The notes beneath the pieces were generated by a model. It ran no database searches and was not told where the DNA came from. It worked only from the letters and a program-made list of their open reading frames with translations. This document shows positions 37,352 to 52,010 of a DNA stretch of 64,000 bases, in pieces (position 1 is the first letter of the stretch; every line of letters begins with the position of its first letter). The DNA comes from Macrostomum lignano (taxonomy: Eukaryota). The position numbers were made by a program, and so were the translations under genes. The DNA is taken from assembly GCA_002269645.1 (NCBI GenBank), contig NIVC01001238.1:267443-331442 (forward strand), written 5' to 3'.

Positions 37352-37940
37352 TAAGTAAGCAACCGCCACCTCCTCCCAGGTCCCTCAGTAAGCGTCGCCA
37401 CCTCCCCCAGGTCCTTCAGTAAGCGCCCCCACATCCCCCAGGTTCCTCAGTAAGCGCCGCCACCTTCTCCCCAGGTCCCTCAGTAAGCGCCGCCACCTCC
37501 TCCCAGGTCCCTCAGTAAGCGTCGCCACCTCCCCCAGGTCCTTCAGCAAGCGCCGCCACCTCTCCCCAGGTCCCTCAGTAAGCGCCGCCACCTCCTCCCA
37601 GGTCCCTCAGTAAGCGCCGCCACCTCCCCCCAGGTCCCTCAGTAAGCGCCGCCACCTCCCCCCAGGTCCCTCAGTAAGCGCCGCCACCTCCCCCTCAGGT
37701 CCCTCAGTAAGCGCCGCCACCTCCCCCTCAGGTCCCTCAGTAAGCGCCGCCACCTCCTCCCAGGTCTCTCAGTAAGCGCCGCCACCTCCCCCAGGTCCCT
37801 CAGTAAGCGCCGCCACCTCCCCCTCAGGTCCCTCAGTAAGCGCCGCCACCTCCCCCAGGTCCCTCAGTAAGCGCCGCCACCTCCTCCCAGGTACTTCAGT
37901 AAGCGCCGCCACCTCCCCCAGGTCCCTCAGTAAGCGCCGC
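37352..37940. repeat. Minisatellite of about 32 bp, GGTCCCTCAGTAAGCGCCGCCACCTCCCCCA
   Basis: About 18 tandem copies. Confidence 0.9.
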
Positions 37941-38439
37941 AGAATGGAAACAGCTGGTATCTGAAGAGATTCCTCAGCCACCGCAGCAAACAGCATCAAA
38001 TTCAAAGCAGCAGATTCTCAGACGCAGGTTTTTCACGCCTTTCACTGCCGTCAGAAAATCGATGGCCCCAGGCAGGGGCTGGCAGGCAAAAGCGCTGCTG
38101 CAGTGCCAGCTTCAAGCAACAAGAGGTTAAACTGGGACACAATTAAACTGCTGCACAGGCATCTGAAAGAGCCGGAGGGGCTGCAGTGAAGGAGTTGGAA
38201 AAGAAGATGAGAACAAGAATTGGGCAAGAAAAGAGGAGTGCGCGGTGTTTGGGAGAGCCGGCTTGCTTTGTCTTTGCCTGAGTCTTCTTTGTTGAGCTCC
38301 TGCCGGTTCTGCAGATGCTCAGACTGGGATCTGGCGGGCTGCACCATCCCAGTCAGCTGCAAGTGAGGCAGGGCAAAGGCAAATTGCGTGAAAGGGATAA
38401 AGGGGGAATAGTGCAGGGAAAAACTGGCGTGGTAGGATG

Positions 38440-39030
38440 AGGGAGGGAGGCAGAGAAGTTAAAAAAGTAGAGAGAAGAGAGGAAAAGAGAAGGAGGGTGA
38501 GGAAAGAGAGTAGAGAGAGGGAGAGAAGGGAGAGAGATAGGATTGAAGAGGGGAAGGAGAGAAAAAAGAGAGGGAGAGAGGGAGAAGGAGAGGAGAAGGA
38601 GGAGAGACAAGGAGTGAGAAGGAGTGCGAAGGAGAGATAGGGATGAGAAGGAAGATAGGAGTGAGAAGGAGAGATAGGGGTGAAAAGGGGACAGAATTGA
38701 GAGAAGGAGAAAGGAAGAGAGGGGTAGAAAAGGGATAGAGAGAGGGAAGGGAGAGGCCACAGAGAGGGAAGGGAGAGGCCACAGAGAGGGAAGGGAGAGG
38801 CCACAGAGAGGGAAGGGAGAGGCCACAGAGAGGGAAGGGAGAGGCCAGAGAGAGGGAAGGGAGAGGCCAGAGAGAGGGAAGGGAGAGGCCACAGAGAGGG
38901 AAGGGAGAGGCCACAGAGAGGGAAGGGAGAGGCCACAGAGAGGGAAGGGAGAGGCCACAGAGAGGGAAGGGAGAGGCCACAGAGAGGGAAGGGAGAGGCC
39001 ACAGAGAGGGAAGGGAGAGGCCACAGAGAG
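38440..39030. repeat. GA-rich tract followed by a 22 bp minisatellite GAGAGGGAAGGGAGAGGCCACA
   Basis: About 13 copies, from about 38740 to 39030. Confidence 0.88.
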
Positions 39031-40315
39031 GGCCTCTAATTATATTGGAAATTAGAAAATTAGAAAGCAGAGAAGAAAACTGATGAGGGAATGCAGACAA
39101 AATCAGCCCACTGAGGCACTCCAGCCTCTAGAAGGGCTCCGGGCATCATCAGAGAGATTTGTTGTGAGTCCCCTGTTGTCAGCTCTGCCTGTCCCGGCTG
39201 TGCTAGATGAAGCCTGCAGCTAGCCAGAGGCTGAGCGGAAGTGCCCCGGGACCAGTAAGAGTCACTCACGGCTGCAGTCCAGTCCCATTGTTCTCCAGAC
39301 TGCAATGCAGTTCTCAACTAGAAAAAAGAGAGATGAAGTGCCGCTCCTCATCGGCCGCTGCGAATCGGGAGCGAGAAATTTGCTTTCGCATTGCCTGGCT
39401 GGACAAAGCAGCAGAGAGTGCTCCTCTCTGATAGTGGCTGACGGTTCACAGAGTCGAGTCACACTTGCCGGACTTGCAGTGGAGTCTGGGCGCCCCTCAT
39501 CTCAGTTTATTGTCTCTAACGGGTAGAAATCTCTGAACAGAAACCCGGCAGTTTTTACCGCACCGGAGCGGGGGACAATGGCGGCGGCTGGGGCGGCAGT
39601 GAAAGCCGTCAAGGAGCTGCCCGAGGGCCGCTGCCAGGTGAACGCGAGCGAAAGGTGTTGAAAGGTGCGCGTTTTTTCCCAAAGCAAAAACTCAGCCGCC
39701 CCCCACCAGCCTCTCAACATGCCTCATCGCGGCCTCCTGTCCTCTCGTCTGTTCAAACGGGGCTTCCAACTCGCGGCGGATGCCCCTCGCTTGGACCGGT
39801 TTAATTACCCTGACGGCCAGCTTCCTCGTGCGCCTCATCGGGTTCTTCCCCATCGCAGCAGGTGGGCGGGAATGGGACGCGCGGTCCCCCCCCCCCAACC
39901 CGATGAAAGCGGAGTCCACAACACAGCCAAGCAGAGCCCCAGAGCAACACTGCAGAAGACGTTTCGGGATTTGCCTGTGGGATCTGGGCAGGGGAAGGAA
40001 GCTGGGGATTCCGCGTTGTCGTGGGAAAACTGAGAGAAAAACTAAGCCGGTGGGAGCTGGGCGAGATCGAAGCGAGGCGACACTGCTTGGTATTGGGCTG
40101 GGGAGTTTTTTGGGGCGAATTTCCTGCCAGGTTTGAAGCCACTTGAAGAGCTGCAAGCCCCTCTGCCTCTTCGCCCCCCGCCGGCTTCCCCGGCACACTT
40201 GCCAGGCCGCCAGCCGAGGGGAAGCGACGTGGGGGATCCTTCTGGAGCGTCTCCATGGCGATGGCTGGCCAAACACCAAGATAGACATCTACTGGCCACA
40301 AGCTGGCCGGGATTA

Positions 40316-40804
<489 letters not shown>

Positions 40805-41294
40805 TCAGAAAGCCGCAAGCGCCGCATCTCCCCGCCAGACACCGGAGCCGCTAACAGGTGGCTCAAAACCGCTCATCTTTTCCGCCACAGATCGAATTAG
40901 GAGGGGGGGGAGAATCTTCGGTTTTCTCAGGCTGAGAGGCGGGGGAGAACAGAAGCGGAGCAAGTTTTTGCTGAGTTTCTTCCGTTTCCTGCACGCGAGG
41001 CTCCTCACGGTGAGGCCGGCGGGGCTGGCGGAGTTCGCGTGGCAAGCTAGCAGGTGAGAAGAAGAAGCTGTCGATGGCGGCAGAGGGGAACAATAGGGAC
41101 GCCCAACTGTCAGAAATCCCCACCTATCAGCGGGGGGCGGCGGTGCCTCCTTTGTGCACAGCTCACTTCACCAGCAAGCGGCAATTTGATGCGACTTCAG
41201 CTTCGCAGCACGGAAGACGGAGTGACTGACTGACACTGGGACAGACAGACAGTCAGAAATATGGAAGTTAACACAATCAGACAGTAATACAGGC

Positions 41295-41910
<616 letters not shown>

Positions 41911-42629
41911 AGCAGCAGAATGCAAGGACAGGACTGACACGGATCGCGATCCCGCAATCCCGCAAATCCGGAGCCCACTCAATCCAATACAGCTTTCTTG
42001 CCCTCTTCGAAAGCGATCTCGGCCGCTCCTCGGCCGCCGACTCTCGGGTGCTCAATCTCGCATTTCCATTGTGCGCGGTGGGCTGGACAGAGCCGCACCA
42101 CAAGCCCCCCCCCCCCTGAGCACTGAGCTTTCACTCAAGTCTCAGGTTTCGCCCCGGCAGAAATCTGCGCTGAGCTGCCACTCCGCAGACACAGAACTGT
42201 ATTATCGCTCATTTGTCGGGGGTATAGCAGCCCCCCAGCCCCTCTAATATGCTTAGAAATTCTACCCCCCCCCTATGAGTTACTCGAATTTCCCACCAAT
42301 TTAGTTTGCGAATCGCTGTAGCAGAAACTGAAAATCCCTCGCCCTAATCTCCCACCTGGATGGGAGCTGCGCCCTCAGCCTGATCCGTGACACGGCCTGA
42401 CAAGTAAAGAGGGCTTTGAGAACGCTGGCATGACTACTCTGTGCTATCATTTATTGACAATTTCTGCATTGAACTGGAGCGCGAGCGCAGATTCAACCGA
42501 ATTCGATACGATGGGAGATTTCAATATTTGTTCACCGTTCAAATGCATCCAATACAAACTGCCTTGTCTCTCCTGCTTGCTATGGATATCTACTCACTGG
42601 ATTCGGGTAGAAAAGGGGAAAGCTAAGAA

Positions 42630-43075
42630 GGAGATGGAGGAGAGAAAAGTGAGGGAGAAGAGAGTAGAATAAAAGAGTAGAGAAAATAGGAGAGTAGAGA
42701 AGTGAGTAGAAATAAAAGTAGAGAGTAAAGTAGAGAGTAGAGTAGAGGAGAGAGGAGAGCAGAGAGGAGAGTAGAGCGGAGAGTAGAGAGGAGAGCAGAG
42801 AGGAGAGTAGAGCGGAGAGTAGAGAGGAGAGCAGAGAGGAGAGTAGAGAGGAGAGGAGAGAGGAGAGCAGAGAGGAGAGGAGAGAGGAGAGTAGAGCGGA
42901 GAGCAGAGAGGAGAGGAGAGAGGAGAGCGGAGAGCAGAGAGGAGAGGAGAGAGGAGAGTAGAGAGGAGAGTAGAGAGGAGAGTAGAGAGGAGAGCAGAGA
43001 GGAGAGGAGAGAGGAGAGTAGAGCGGAGAGCAGAGAGGAGAGGAGAGAGGAGAGCAGAGCGGAGAGCAGAGCGAA
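42630..43075. repeat. GA-rich 12 bp-type repeat (GAGGAGAGTAGA / GAGGAGAGCAGA)
   Basis: Read directly from the sequence. Confidence 0.85.
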
Positions 43076-43819
43076 AGGCATGGAGATCGGATTGGAGGCT
43101 GAGTTTAGAAAGAACAGAATAAAAAGCAGAGGGCTAGACAGAAGCCGGCGCCCCAGCCAGCAACAAGCTCCGCAGGAGAGCTCTCTCAGAGAAATCTGCG
43201 CCAAGCCAGGAAGCTGCGGTCGCTCTTCATCAGCTTGAAGAAGATGTCAGAGCAGAAGTGGCGCCTCACTCCAGAAAAAAAGCGCGGCAATGCCAAAAGC
43301 AGCACCGGAGCGAAGCAGTTAAAGAAGCTGTTTAAAAAGCTGAGCTTTGGAGGCCTGGGCGGAGCTGCAGGTTGCACCTGGGAGGCAGCCGACCGCCTCC
43401 CCAGCTGCCCCAGTCCTTCAGCTGGCGGGCCCTGAAGCAAAAATAAATGAGCTGAAGAAGCAGCAGAAGTAGAGAGAAAAACAGGCCAATCAAACTGCAT
43501 AATTTATGCCGTGTCAGGTAAAGTTAGTGAGGCTCTAGGGGGAGACCTGTGCCTGTGTTTGTCTTCGTCCTCCTCACAGACACAACTGTAGCTAGTGGCC
43601 CCCCCCAGCCATCCATATTTCATAACAGTCGGTCGTGTTCGATGCGGAGACATGAATACCGCTGCCGTGCAAACACAACTTTATGGGGAGAATATCGCGG
43701 GAAAAATTTCAGGCGCCCATAGCAAAGTTGCTTTTTGACATCCAGATAGATTCCCGTCTTGATTTCTCACACTCATTTATACTGCCACCTGACAGGAGGC
43801 ATTGCGGCTGTGGAGTGCT

Positions 43820-44030
43820 CACTACTCGCTACTCATTACTCAATTCTCATTACTCAATTCTCACTACTCAATTCTCACTACTCAATTCTCACTACTCAAT
43901 TCTCACTACTCGCTTCTCATTGCTCATTACTCATTTCTTATTACTCATTACTCATTTACTCATTACTCATTACTCATTACTCATTACTCAATTCTCACTA
44001 CTCATTACTCATTACTCAATGCTCACTACT
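43820..44030. repeat. 7/14 bp repeat (ACTACTCAATTCTC / ATTACTC)
   Basis: Read directly from the sequence. Confidence 0.85.
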
Positions 44031-44354
44031 CGAACTCGAAGGCGGCCAGTGAGTAATTAATAGATGAGGAAGCTCGGAGTCTGCCTCTCCCTCCCCTCTT
44101 GGCCTCTCATCTCTCAGTCCGTAAGCGCCCCCTGCGCCCCCGACCCCAGCCGAGGTACCCAGCCGAGGTCACTGCCCTCGGTAGCCTGCAGATCGCGTGA
44201 CAGCAGCAGCAGGGGGGGGGGCAGTGGCAGCGGGGCCCGCCGCACTCAGAACTTCGGCCCCTTGATAAATTATAGTTTTTGTAATCCACTTCTCATTTCG
44301 AGTCGGAGAGCACGCTAGCGATTCTCTGGGCTGAGCTGAGAGCACTTCTTCCCA

Positions 44355-46112
44355 GCAGTGATCCCACAGATTGTCAGTGATCCCACAGATTGTCAGTGAT
44401 CCCACAGCTAGTCAGTGATCCCACAGATTGTCAGTGATCCCACAGATTGTCAGTGATTCCACAGAATGTCAGTGATCCCACAGCTAGTCAGTGATCCCAC
44501 AGCTAGTCAGTGATCCCACAGATTGTCAGTGATCCCACAGCTAGTCAGTGATCCCACAGATTGTCAGTGATCCCACAGACTGTCAGTGATCCCACAGATT
44601 GTCAGTGATCCCACAGACTGTCAGTGATCCCACAGCCAGTCAGTGATTCCACAGACTGTCAGTGATCCTACAGACTGTCAGTGATCCCACAGCTAGTCAG
44701 TGATTCCACAGACTGCCAGTGATCCCACAGACTATCAGTGATCCCACAGCTAGTCAGTGATCCCACAGCTAGTCAGTGATCCCACAGATTGTCAGTGATC
44801 CCACAGAATGTCAGTGATCCCCACAGATTGTCAGTGATCCCACAGATTGTCAGTGATCCCACAGACTGTCAGTGATCCCACAGATTGTCAGTGATCCCAC
44901 AGATTGTCAGTGATCCCACATATTGTCAGTGATCCCACAGATTGTCAGTGATCCCACAGATTGTCAGTGATCCCACAGATTGTCAGTGATCCCACAGATT
45001 GTCAGTGATCCCACAGATTGTTATTGATAACACAGATTGTCAGTGATCCCACAGATTGTTATTGATCCTACAGACTGTCAGTGATCCCACAGATTGTCAG
45101 TGATCCCACAGATTGTCAGTGATCTCACAGATTGTCAGTGATCCCACAGATTGTCAGTGATCCCACAGATTGTCAGTGATCCCACAGACTGTCAGTGATC
45201 CCACAGACTGTCAGTGATCCCACAGATTGTCAGTGATCCCACAGACTGTCAGTGATCCCACAGATTGTCAGTGATCCCACAGACTGTCAGTGATCCCACA
45301 GCCAGTCAGTGATTCCACAGACTGTCAGTGATCCTACAGACTGTCAGTGATCCCACAGCTAGTCAGTGATCCCACAGATTGTCAGTGATCCCACAGACTG
45401 TCAGTGATCCCACAGATTGTCAGTGATCCCACAGACTGTCAGTGATCCCACAGCCAGTCAGTGATTCCACAGACTGTCAGTGATCCTACAGACTGTCAGT
45501 GATCCCACAGCTAGTCAGTGATTCCACAGATTGTCAGTGATCCCACATATTGTCAGTGATCCCACAGATTGTCAGTGATCCCACAGATTGTCAGTGATCC
45601 CACAGATTGTCAGTGATCCCACAGATTGTCAGTGATCCCACAGATTGTTATTGATAACACAGATTGTCAGTGATCCCACAGATTGTTATTGATCCTACAG
45701 ACTGTCAGTGATCCCACAGATTGTCAGTGATCCCACAGATTGTCAGTGATCTCACAGATTGTCAGTGATCCCACAGATTGTCAGTGATCCCACAGATTGT
45801 CAGTGATCCCACAGACTGTCAGTGATCCCACAGACTGTCAGTGATCCCACAGATTGTCAGTGATCCCACAGACTGTCAGTGATCCCACAGATTGTCAGTG
45901 ATCCCACAGACTGTCAGTGATCCCACAGCCAGTCAGTGATTCCACAGACTGTCAGTGATCCTACAGACTGTCAGTGATCCCACAGCTAGTCAGTGATTCC
46001 ACAGACTGTCAGTGATCCCACAGACTATCAGTGATCCCACAGATTGTCAGTGAGCCCACAGACTGTCAGTGATCCCACAGATTATCGGTGATCCCACAGA
46101 TTGTCAGTGAAC
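44355..46112. repeat. 19 bp minisatellite GTCAGTGATCCCACAGATT with a 627 bp higher-order duplication
   Basis: About 92 units. The rare variant ttattgataacac occurs at 45021 and 45648 (627 = 33 x 19). Confidence 0.95.
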
Positions 46113-46159
46113 CCAAACTCTGATTGCTTCGCTTCCAGAAGCCGCCACAACCGGCAAGG

Positions 46160-47530
46160 ATGCTGCACGCCGGCCCGCTGCTCCCCCTCATCGCTGCCCT
46201 GCTGCTCCTGCCGGGCCGCTCCCTGCAGCTGCAGTCGCCCGCCTTCTCCGTATCCGAGGGCGAGTTGCCGCCCCGTCTCCTTGGCAACCTGGTGACGCAG
46301 AGCCGCCTGGACTGGAACTCCAGCGTTCTGGCCGGCCTGCGCTTCACTGTGATGCGCGGCCCGACCGACCTCTTTGATGTTGCCGACGGCGGCAACCTGT
46401 GGCAGAGGGCGCCGCTGGACCGCGAGGCCTCCTGCGCTGGCCTCGCCGACTGCCATCTGCAGCTGCAGGTCGCCACCTCCTCGCCCTCGGAGCTCTTTAT
46501 CGTCCAGATCACCGTCGTGGACATCAACGACAACACGCCGAGCTTCGCCGCGGTGCTCAGCGGCTCCGCTGACGGCTCCTTCTCGCTGAACATCTCGGAG
46601 GCGAGTCCGGTTGGCTCGGTGTTCGAGCTGCCGGCGGCCAGGGACCCGGACTCGCCGCGCCTGTCCGTGCAGACCTACCAGCTGGACGCCGACTCGAACC
46701 TCCTCGAGCTGCTGCCAGGCCGAGCTCCGCCGGCGGTGCGGCTCCTCCGCCAGCTGGACCGCGAGCGCGAGAGCCGCCACGCCTTCGTCCTTCGAGCGGT
46801 CGACGGCGGCGTGCCGGCGCTGACAGGGACGCTCAGCGCCGTTCTTAACGTCATCGACGAGAACGACGAGACTCCTCGGATTGTCAGCGGCTGCGACAAC
46901 ATCAGCAGGAGCGAGGAGCTCCCAGCCGGCTCCGACCTCGCCCATCTGTCTGGCAGGGACGCCGACGTCGGGCGCAACGCCGAACTGCGCTGGCGGCTGC
47001 GCAGCGTCTCGGGGGGCTGCGCCACCCCAGCTTGCGTCTCCCCGCTGCCTGCCGCGGCGCAGGCGGCCCTGGGCTCAACGTTTCGGGTGGACCCGGTGGA
47101 CGGCACCCTCAGCCTGCAGCGCCGCCTCGACTTCGAGGCCTACTCGACCGCCACCCTGGAGCTGGAGGTGTCGGATCTGGGCAGTCCGCCGAGGTCCGCC
47201 GCCTGCAGGATGACCGTCACGGTCATCGACGCCAACGACAACTCCCCGGCGGTGACCGTCAGCGGCTTCGGCCGGGGCAACCCAGTGGAAGTCACTGAAG
47301 AGTCGCCAGCCGGACAGCCAGCCGGTTTCGTGTTCGCCGAGGACAAGGACTCCGGAGAGGCCGGCCGAGTCACCTGCGAGTCCCTGACGGCCGGCCTGAA
47401 GCTGCTCGAGCCGCAGGTGGCCGCTGGCTCCGCCTACTATGAGATGCGCACCGCGGCTGTCTTCGACCGCGAGCTGGCGGATCGACTTCTCGGCACCGTC
47501 CGCTGCAGGGACTACGGGACGCCACCGAAG
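46160..47530 (+). CDS. Delta-type protocadherin (7 EC, TM, cytoplasmic tail), exon 1: signal peptide and EC1 to most of EC4 (model 46160-47530, 48529-49992, 57236-57383, 60278-60456)
   Basis: Signal peptide MLHAGPLLPLIAALLLLPGRSLQ. EC1 has LDREASCAGLADC, the protocadherin Cys pair. Ca2+ linkers are DINDNTP, DENDETP and DANDNSP. Donor AAG|GTAGGG, phase 0. Confidence 0.93.
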
Positions 47531-47574
47531 GTAGGGGAGGCGGCGATCCTGACAGCTGATCACTGATCCAAGGC

Positions 47575-48475
47575 GGCCATGAGACCCTGACCCATGAGAC
47601 CCTGACCCATGAGACCCTGACCCATGAGACCCTGACCCATGAGACCCTGACCCATGAGACCCTGACCCATGAGACCCTGACCCATGAGACCCTGACCCAT
47701 GAGACCCTGACCCATGAGACCCTGACCCAGGAGACCCTGACCCATGAGACCCTGACCCATGAGACCCTGACCCATGAGACCCTGACCCATGAGACCCTGA
47801 CCCATGAGACCCTGACCCATGAGACCCTATGACCCATGAGACCCTGACCCATGAGACCCTGACCCATGAGACCCTGACCCATGAGACCCTGACCCATGAG
47901 ACCCTGACCCAGGAGACCCTGACCCATGAGACCCTGACCCATGAGACCCTGACCCATGAGACCCTGACCCATGAGACCCTGACCCATGAGACCCTGACCC
48001 ATGAGACCCTATGACCCATGAGACCCTGACCCATGAGACCCTGACCCATGAGACCCTGACCCATGAGACCCTGACCCATGAGACCCTATGACCCATGAGA
48101 CCCTGACCCATGAGACCCTGACCAATGAGACCCTGACCCATGAAACCCTGACCCATGAGACCCTGACCAATGAGACCCTGACCCATGAGACCCTGACCCA
48201 TGAGACCCTGACCCATGAGACCCTGACCCATGAGACCCTGACCCATGAGACCCTATGACCCATGAGACCCTGACCCATGAGACCCTGACCAATGAGACCC
48301 TGACCCATGAAACCCTGACCCATGAGACCCTGACCAATGAGACCCTGACCCATGAGACCCTGACCCATGAGAGCCTATGACCCATGAGACCCTATGACCC
48401 ATGAGACCCTGACCCATGATACCCTGACCAATGAGACCCTGACCCATGAGACTCTGACCCATGAGACCCCATGAG
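47575..48475. repeat. 15 bp minisatellite CCATGAGACCCTGAC in protocadherin intron 1
   Basis: About 60 tandem copies with periodic CTAT variants. Confidence 0.95.
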
Positions 48476-48528
48476 CAGGAATCTCCCACAAATCCCTGAT
48501 GCCATGCCGCTACGAACCCGCCCGCCAG

Positions 48529-49992
48529 ACAACGGAGGTGCAGTTCAACGTCACTATCCGGGACATTAACGACAACGCGCCGGGGTTCCGGCGGGCGAGG
48601 GAGGAGATCAGCATCGACGAGAACGGGGCGGCCGGCCAGCTGCTGCTGGACCTGCAGGCAAGCGACCCGGACGCTGGGAGCAACGGCCTCATCAGTTACA
48701 GCATCCGGCCGCCGGAGGCTGCAAAAACTTTCAGAGTCCTTGACAACGGCACCCTGGTGTCCAAGATTGTGCTGGACCGCGAAACCACCGGCGAGCACGA
48801 ATTCGACGTCGTAGCAACCGACGCAGGATCGCCGCCGAAGACCTCGCAGGTCCGGGTTCGAATCCGCCTGACGGACGTCAATGACTGCCCGCCGGTGTTC
48901 GTCGGCGCCCCGCTGCTAGAGTTCCGCGTCTCCGAGTCGGCGAGCGTCGGCTCCCTGGTCGGCCGCGCCAACGCCACGGACGCCGATCTGGGCGAGGCCG
49001 GCCGCGTCAGCTTCGCCATGCGCAGTGTCGAGGGCAACGCGGCCGCCAGCGCCGCTTTCGACGTTGACGCGGACGGCAGCGTGCGGGTGCGGGCGGCGCT
49101 CGACCGGGAGCGGCAGGACCGCTACTTCCTGCGCATCGCCGCCTTCGACCACGGCCAGGAGCGCCTGAGCGCCACCATCGACGCCACGATCTTCGTCGAG
49201 GACGTCAACGACAACTCGCCGACTGTGACGTGGCCGAGCCTCAGCAACAGCACCGTCCGGGTTTCTTACCTCGCGCCGTCCGGCACCCGCGTCTGTCGCA
49301 TCGCCGCCTTCGACCTGGACGCCGGTCAGAATGGAGCCCTGGAGTTCCTCCTGGCTGATGCCGGAGGCGACGATGGCTACTTCAAAGTCAATGCCACGAG
49401 CGGCGAGGTGCTACTGACCGCCGACAGGCGCCGCCTGACCGCATCTGATGTCGGTCGACGCTTCCAGCTGCGCCTGCGAGTTCGCGACCGCGGCGTCCCG
49501 GCCAGAGACGCTGAGACGATGCCGCTGCTGCAGGTTCTGGTTGACGACTCCCCGCCGCCCGGCCATCGGCTGCCAACCGCCTCGCTGCCCGCCGGGCTGT
49601 CGGCCAGCGAGCTGAACTTCCTGCTGATCATCGTGATCTGCTCGGTGACCTTCGTGCTGTCCTGCGTCCTGGTGGCGTCCATCTGGCACACCAGGAGGCG
49701 GCTACTTGGAGGCGGCAGCGGAAGCAGCGGCGGCGGTGGCGGAGGCGGGCGCGGAGGCCGAGGGAACGCGGAGGACGCCGCGGCTGCCATCAAGCTGGCA
49801 TCGGCGGCCGCCGGAGACTCGCCGCCGGCGGCGCCGCGCTCGATGGGGTCCTCAGATGCCGGCGGGGGCGGCGGCGTCGGCTACGGCAGCGACGGCGGCA
49901 CCCGTCTTGGAATTTTACAGACGGCCTCGCCTGCGGGCAGCGGTGGAGGCGGCGGCGAAGGTGGACGAGACTTCCTGCTGCCGATGCGGCAC
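48529..49992 (+). CDS. Protocadherin exon 2: end of EC4, EC5-EC7, TM and proximal cytoplasmic region
   Basis: Acceptor CCGCCAG|, phase 0. Linkers are DINDNAP, DVNDCPP and DVNDNSP, with LDRE motifs. TM is LNFLLIIVICSVTFVLSCVLVASIW. Donor CAC|GTGAGT. Confidence 0.93.
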
Positions 49993-50004
49993 GTGAGTAG
50001 CGGA

Positions 50005-50330
50005 GTGACCTTGATGACCTTGATGACCTCGATGACCTCGATGACCCTGATGACCTTGACGACCTTGATGACCTTGACGACCTTGATGACCTTGATGACC
50101 TTGATGGCCTTGATGACCTCGACGACCTTGATGACCCTGATTACCTTGACGACCTTGATGATCTTGACGACCTTTGATGACCTTGACGACCTTGATGACC
50201 CTGATGACCTTGAAGACCTTGACGACCTTAATGACCTTGATGACCCTGATGAATTGATGACCTTGACGACCTTGATGACTTTGACGACCTTGATGACCTT
50301 GATGATCTATGATGACCTTAATGACCTAGG
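50005..50330. repeat. 9 bp repeat GACCTTGAT/GACCTTGAC just inside protocadherin intron 2
   Basis: Read directly from the sequence. It explains the spurious LMTLTT extension of the ORF. Confidence 0.9.
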
Positions 50331-50900
50331 GGGTTGGCCTGGATGACTATGGTTGCCCTGGGGCTTAGCGACCTGGCGCTCTATTAAAGTAGTTCGTATT
50401 AAACCGGCGCATAACTCACCCGTCACTGTGGCTGCACTCTCTGCAGCACTTCGCAATGCGCCCATCCGATGCCAATTCTGGCGTGCAGTCTTGAATTTGT
50501 CATGCAGACTGCCTTGCGCCCATAGTAAGACAAGTCAAATGGGGCAAAGGGGCACCTTGGGGATACCAGTTTGTTTCTGCGGCCGTCAGTTAAGAATCTG
50601 TCAATCAGGCCGGGGTCAGGGAGCAAATCCCATTGACTGCCGCTGCCCGGAGATCGTGGGAAGCCAGTCACGAATTTGGCGGGATAACATGCTTAGCACA
50701 AAAGCGATTGTTATCGGCGAGAGAATTCCCAGCGCCTGCTGCAATAATCCGGCCGGCAGCTGGGCGATCGATGAGGGACGCCAGCATCCGTGCCGCTTCA
50801 CCGGCTTGATTCATTATGCAAGCTGGGGATTTATGCAGATCGGCTTGATGAGGCCGTCAGAACCCTCTCTGATGCACTTCTCTTGCTCCATCGCCTCCCC

Positions 50901-50978
<78 letters not shown>

Positions 50979-51659
50979 TTTTCTCTCCCTCTCTTACTCA
51001 CTCTTTCTTTCTTCTCTCTTTCTCTCTCCATCTCTCCATTTTCCCTCTCTCCCCCTCTCTCTCTCTCTCTCCTTCCTGTCTACTCCACCCTCCCTTTCTC
51101 ATACTCACTTGTCTCCTCTCTCACCCTCTGTCCATCACTGCGTACAATTCAAACGGATCTACGGTTTCTGAGTTCAATCGCTACTCATTGGCATCTGCCA
51201 ATCAATTATTTCGAACACAAAAAGCAGATTAAAAGCAAAGCAAGCCACAAAATGCAGCAATTAGTGAAGCAAAAAAAGAAATGCAGCCAGCAAAGAAGAA
51301 AATTAGGCCATTATAAGACCAGCTTTCTTCTTCATCTCTGCCGCTCTTTGAGAACAAAACTGCGGTAGGAATTGCCGACTGAGTGGGGAGATGGGGCTGA
51401 GAACGGGATCGCAGCATTTATCCTGCTCAAATATTGATCCCTAGAAGCCGGCGCATCCCCGCCTCTCTGTTGCTTGAGTAAATGGGGCGGCAGTGGGTAA
51501 CTTTCTTGGCCCCGGGCTGGGGTAGCGGCCTCACAAACACGTGGTTAGGGCTGGGGTTCTGAGTCCGCATTTAGAGTCTACTCATCGGGCGGCTGATTCA
51601 GAGATCGAAACTTTCCAGATATCCTCTTGGTGCGAGCTGCTTGGGTCTGTCTGAGCTGG

Positions 51660-52010
<351 letters not shown>

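Noticed and set aside
39577-40033. GC-rich ORF fragments (MAAAGAAVKAVKELPEGRCQ; RLFKRGFQLAADAPRLDRF) as a small gene or neuropeptide precursor
   Set aside because: No signal peptide, no repeated amidated motifs, and no consistent splice chain.
43235-43435. Basic 66 aa ORF as a possible exon
   Set aside because: No recognisable domain and no partner exons.
44355-46112. CRISPR-like array
   Set aside because: Units are contiguous with no unique spacers, the context is eukaryotic, and there are no cas genes.
49993-50346. Read-through of protocadherin exon 2 into the LMTLTT tail, as in the supplied 615 aa ORF
   Set aside because: A consensus donor CAC|GTGAGT precedes it, and the tail is a 9 bp repeat.
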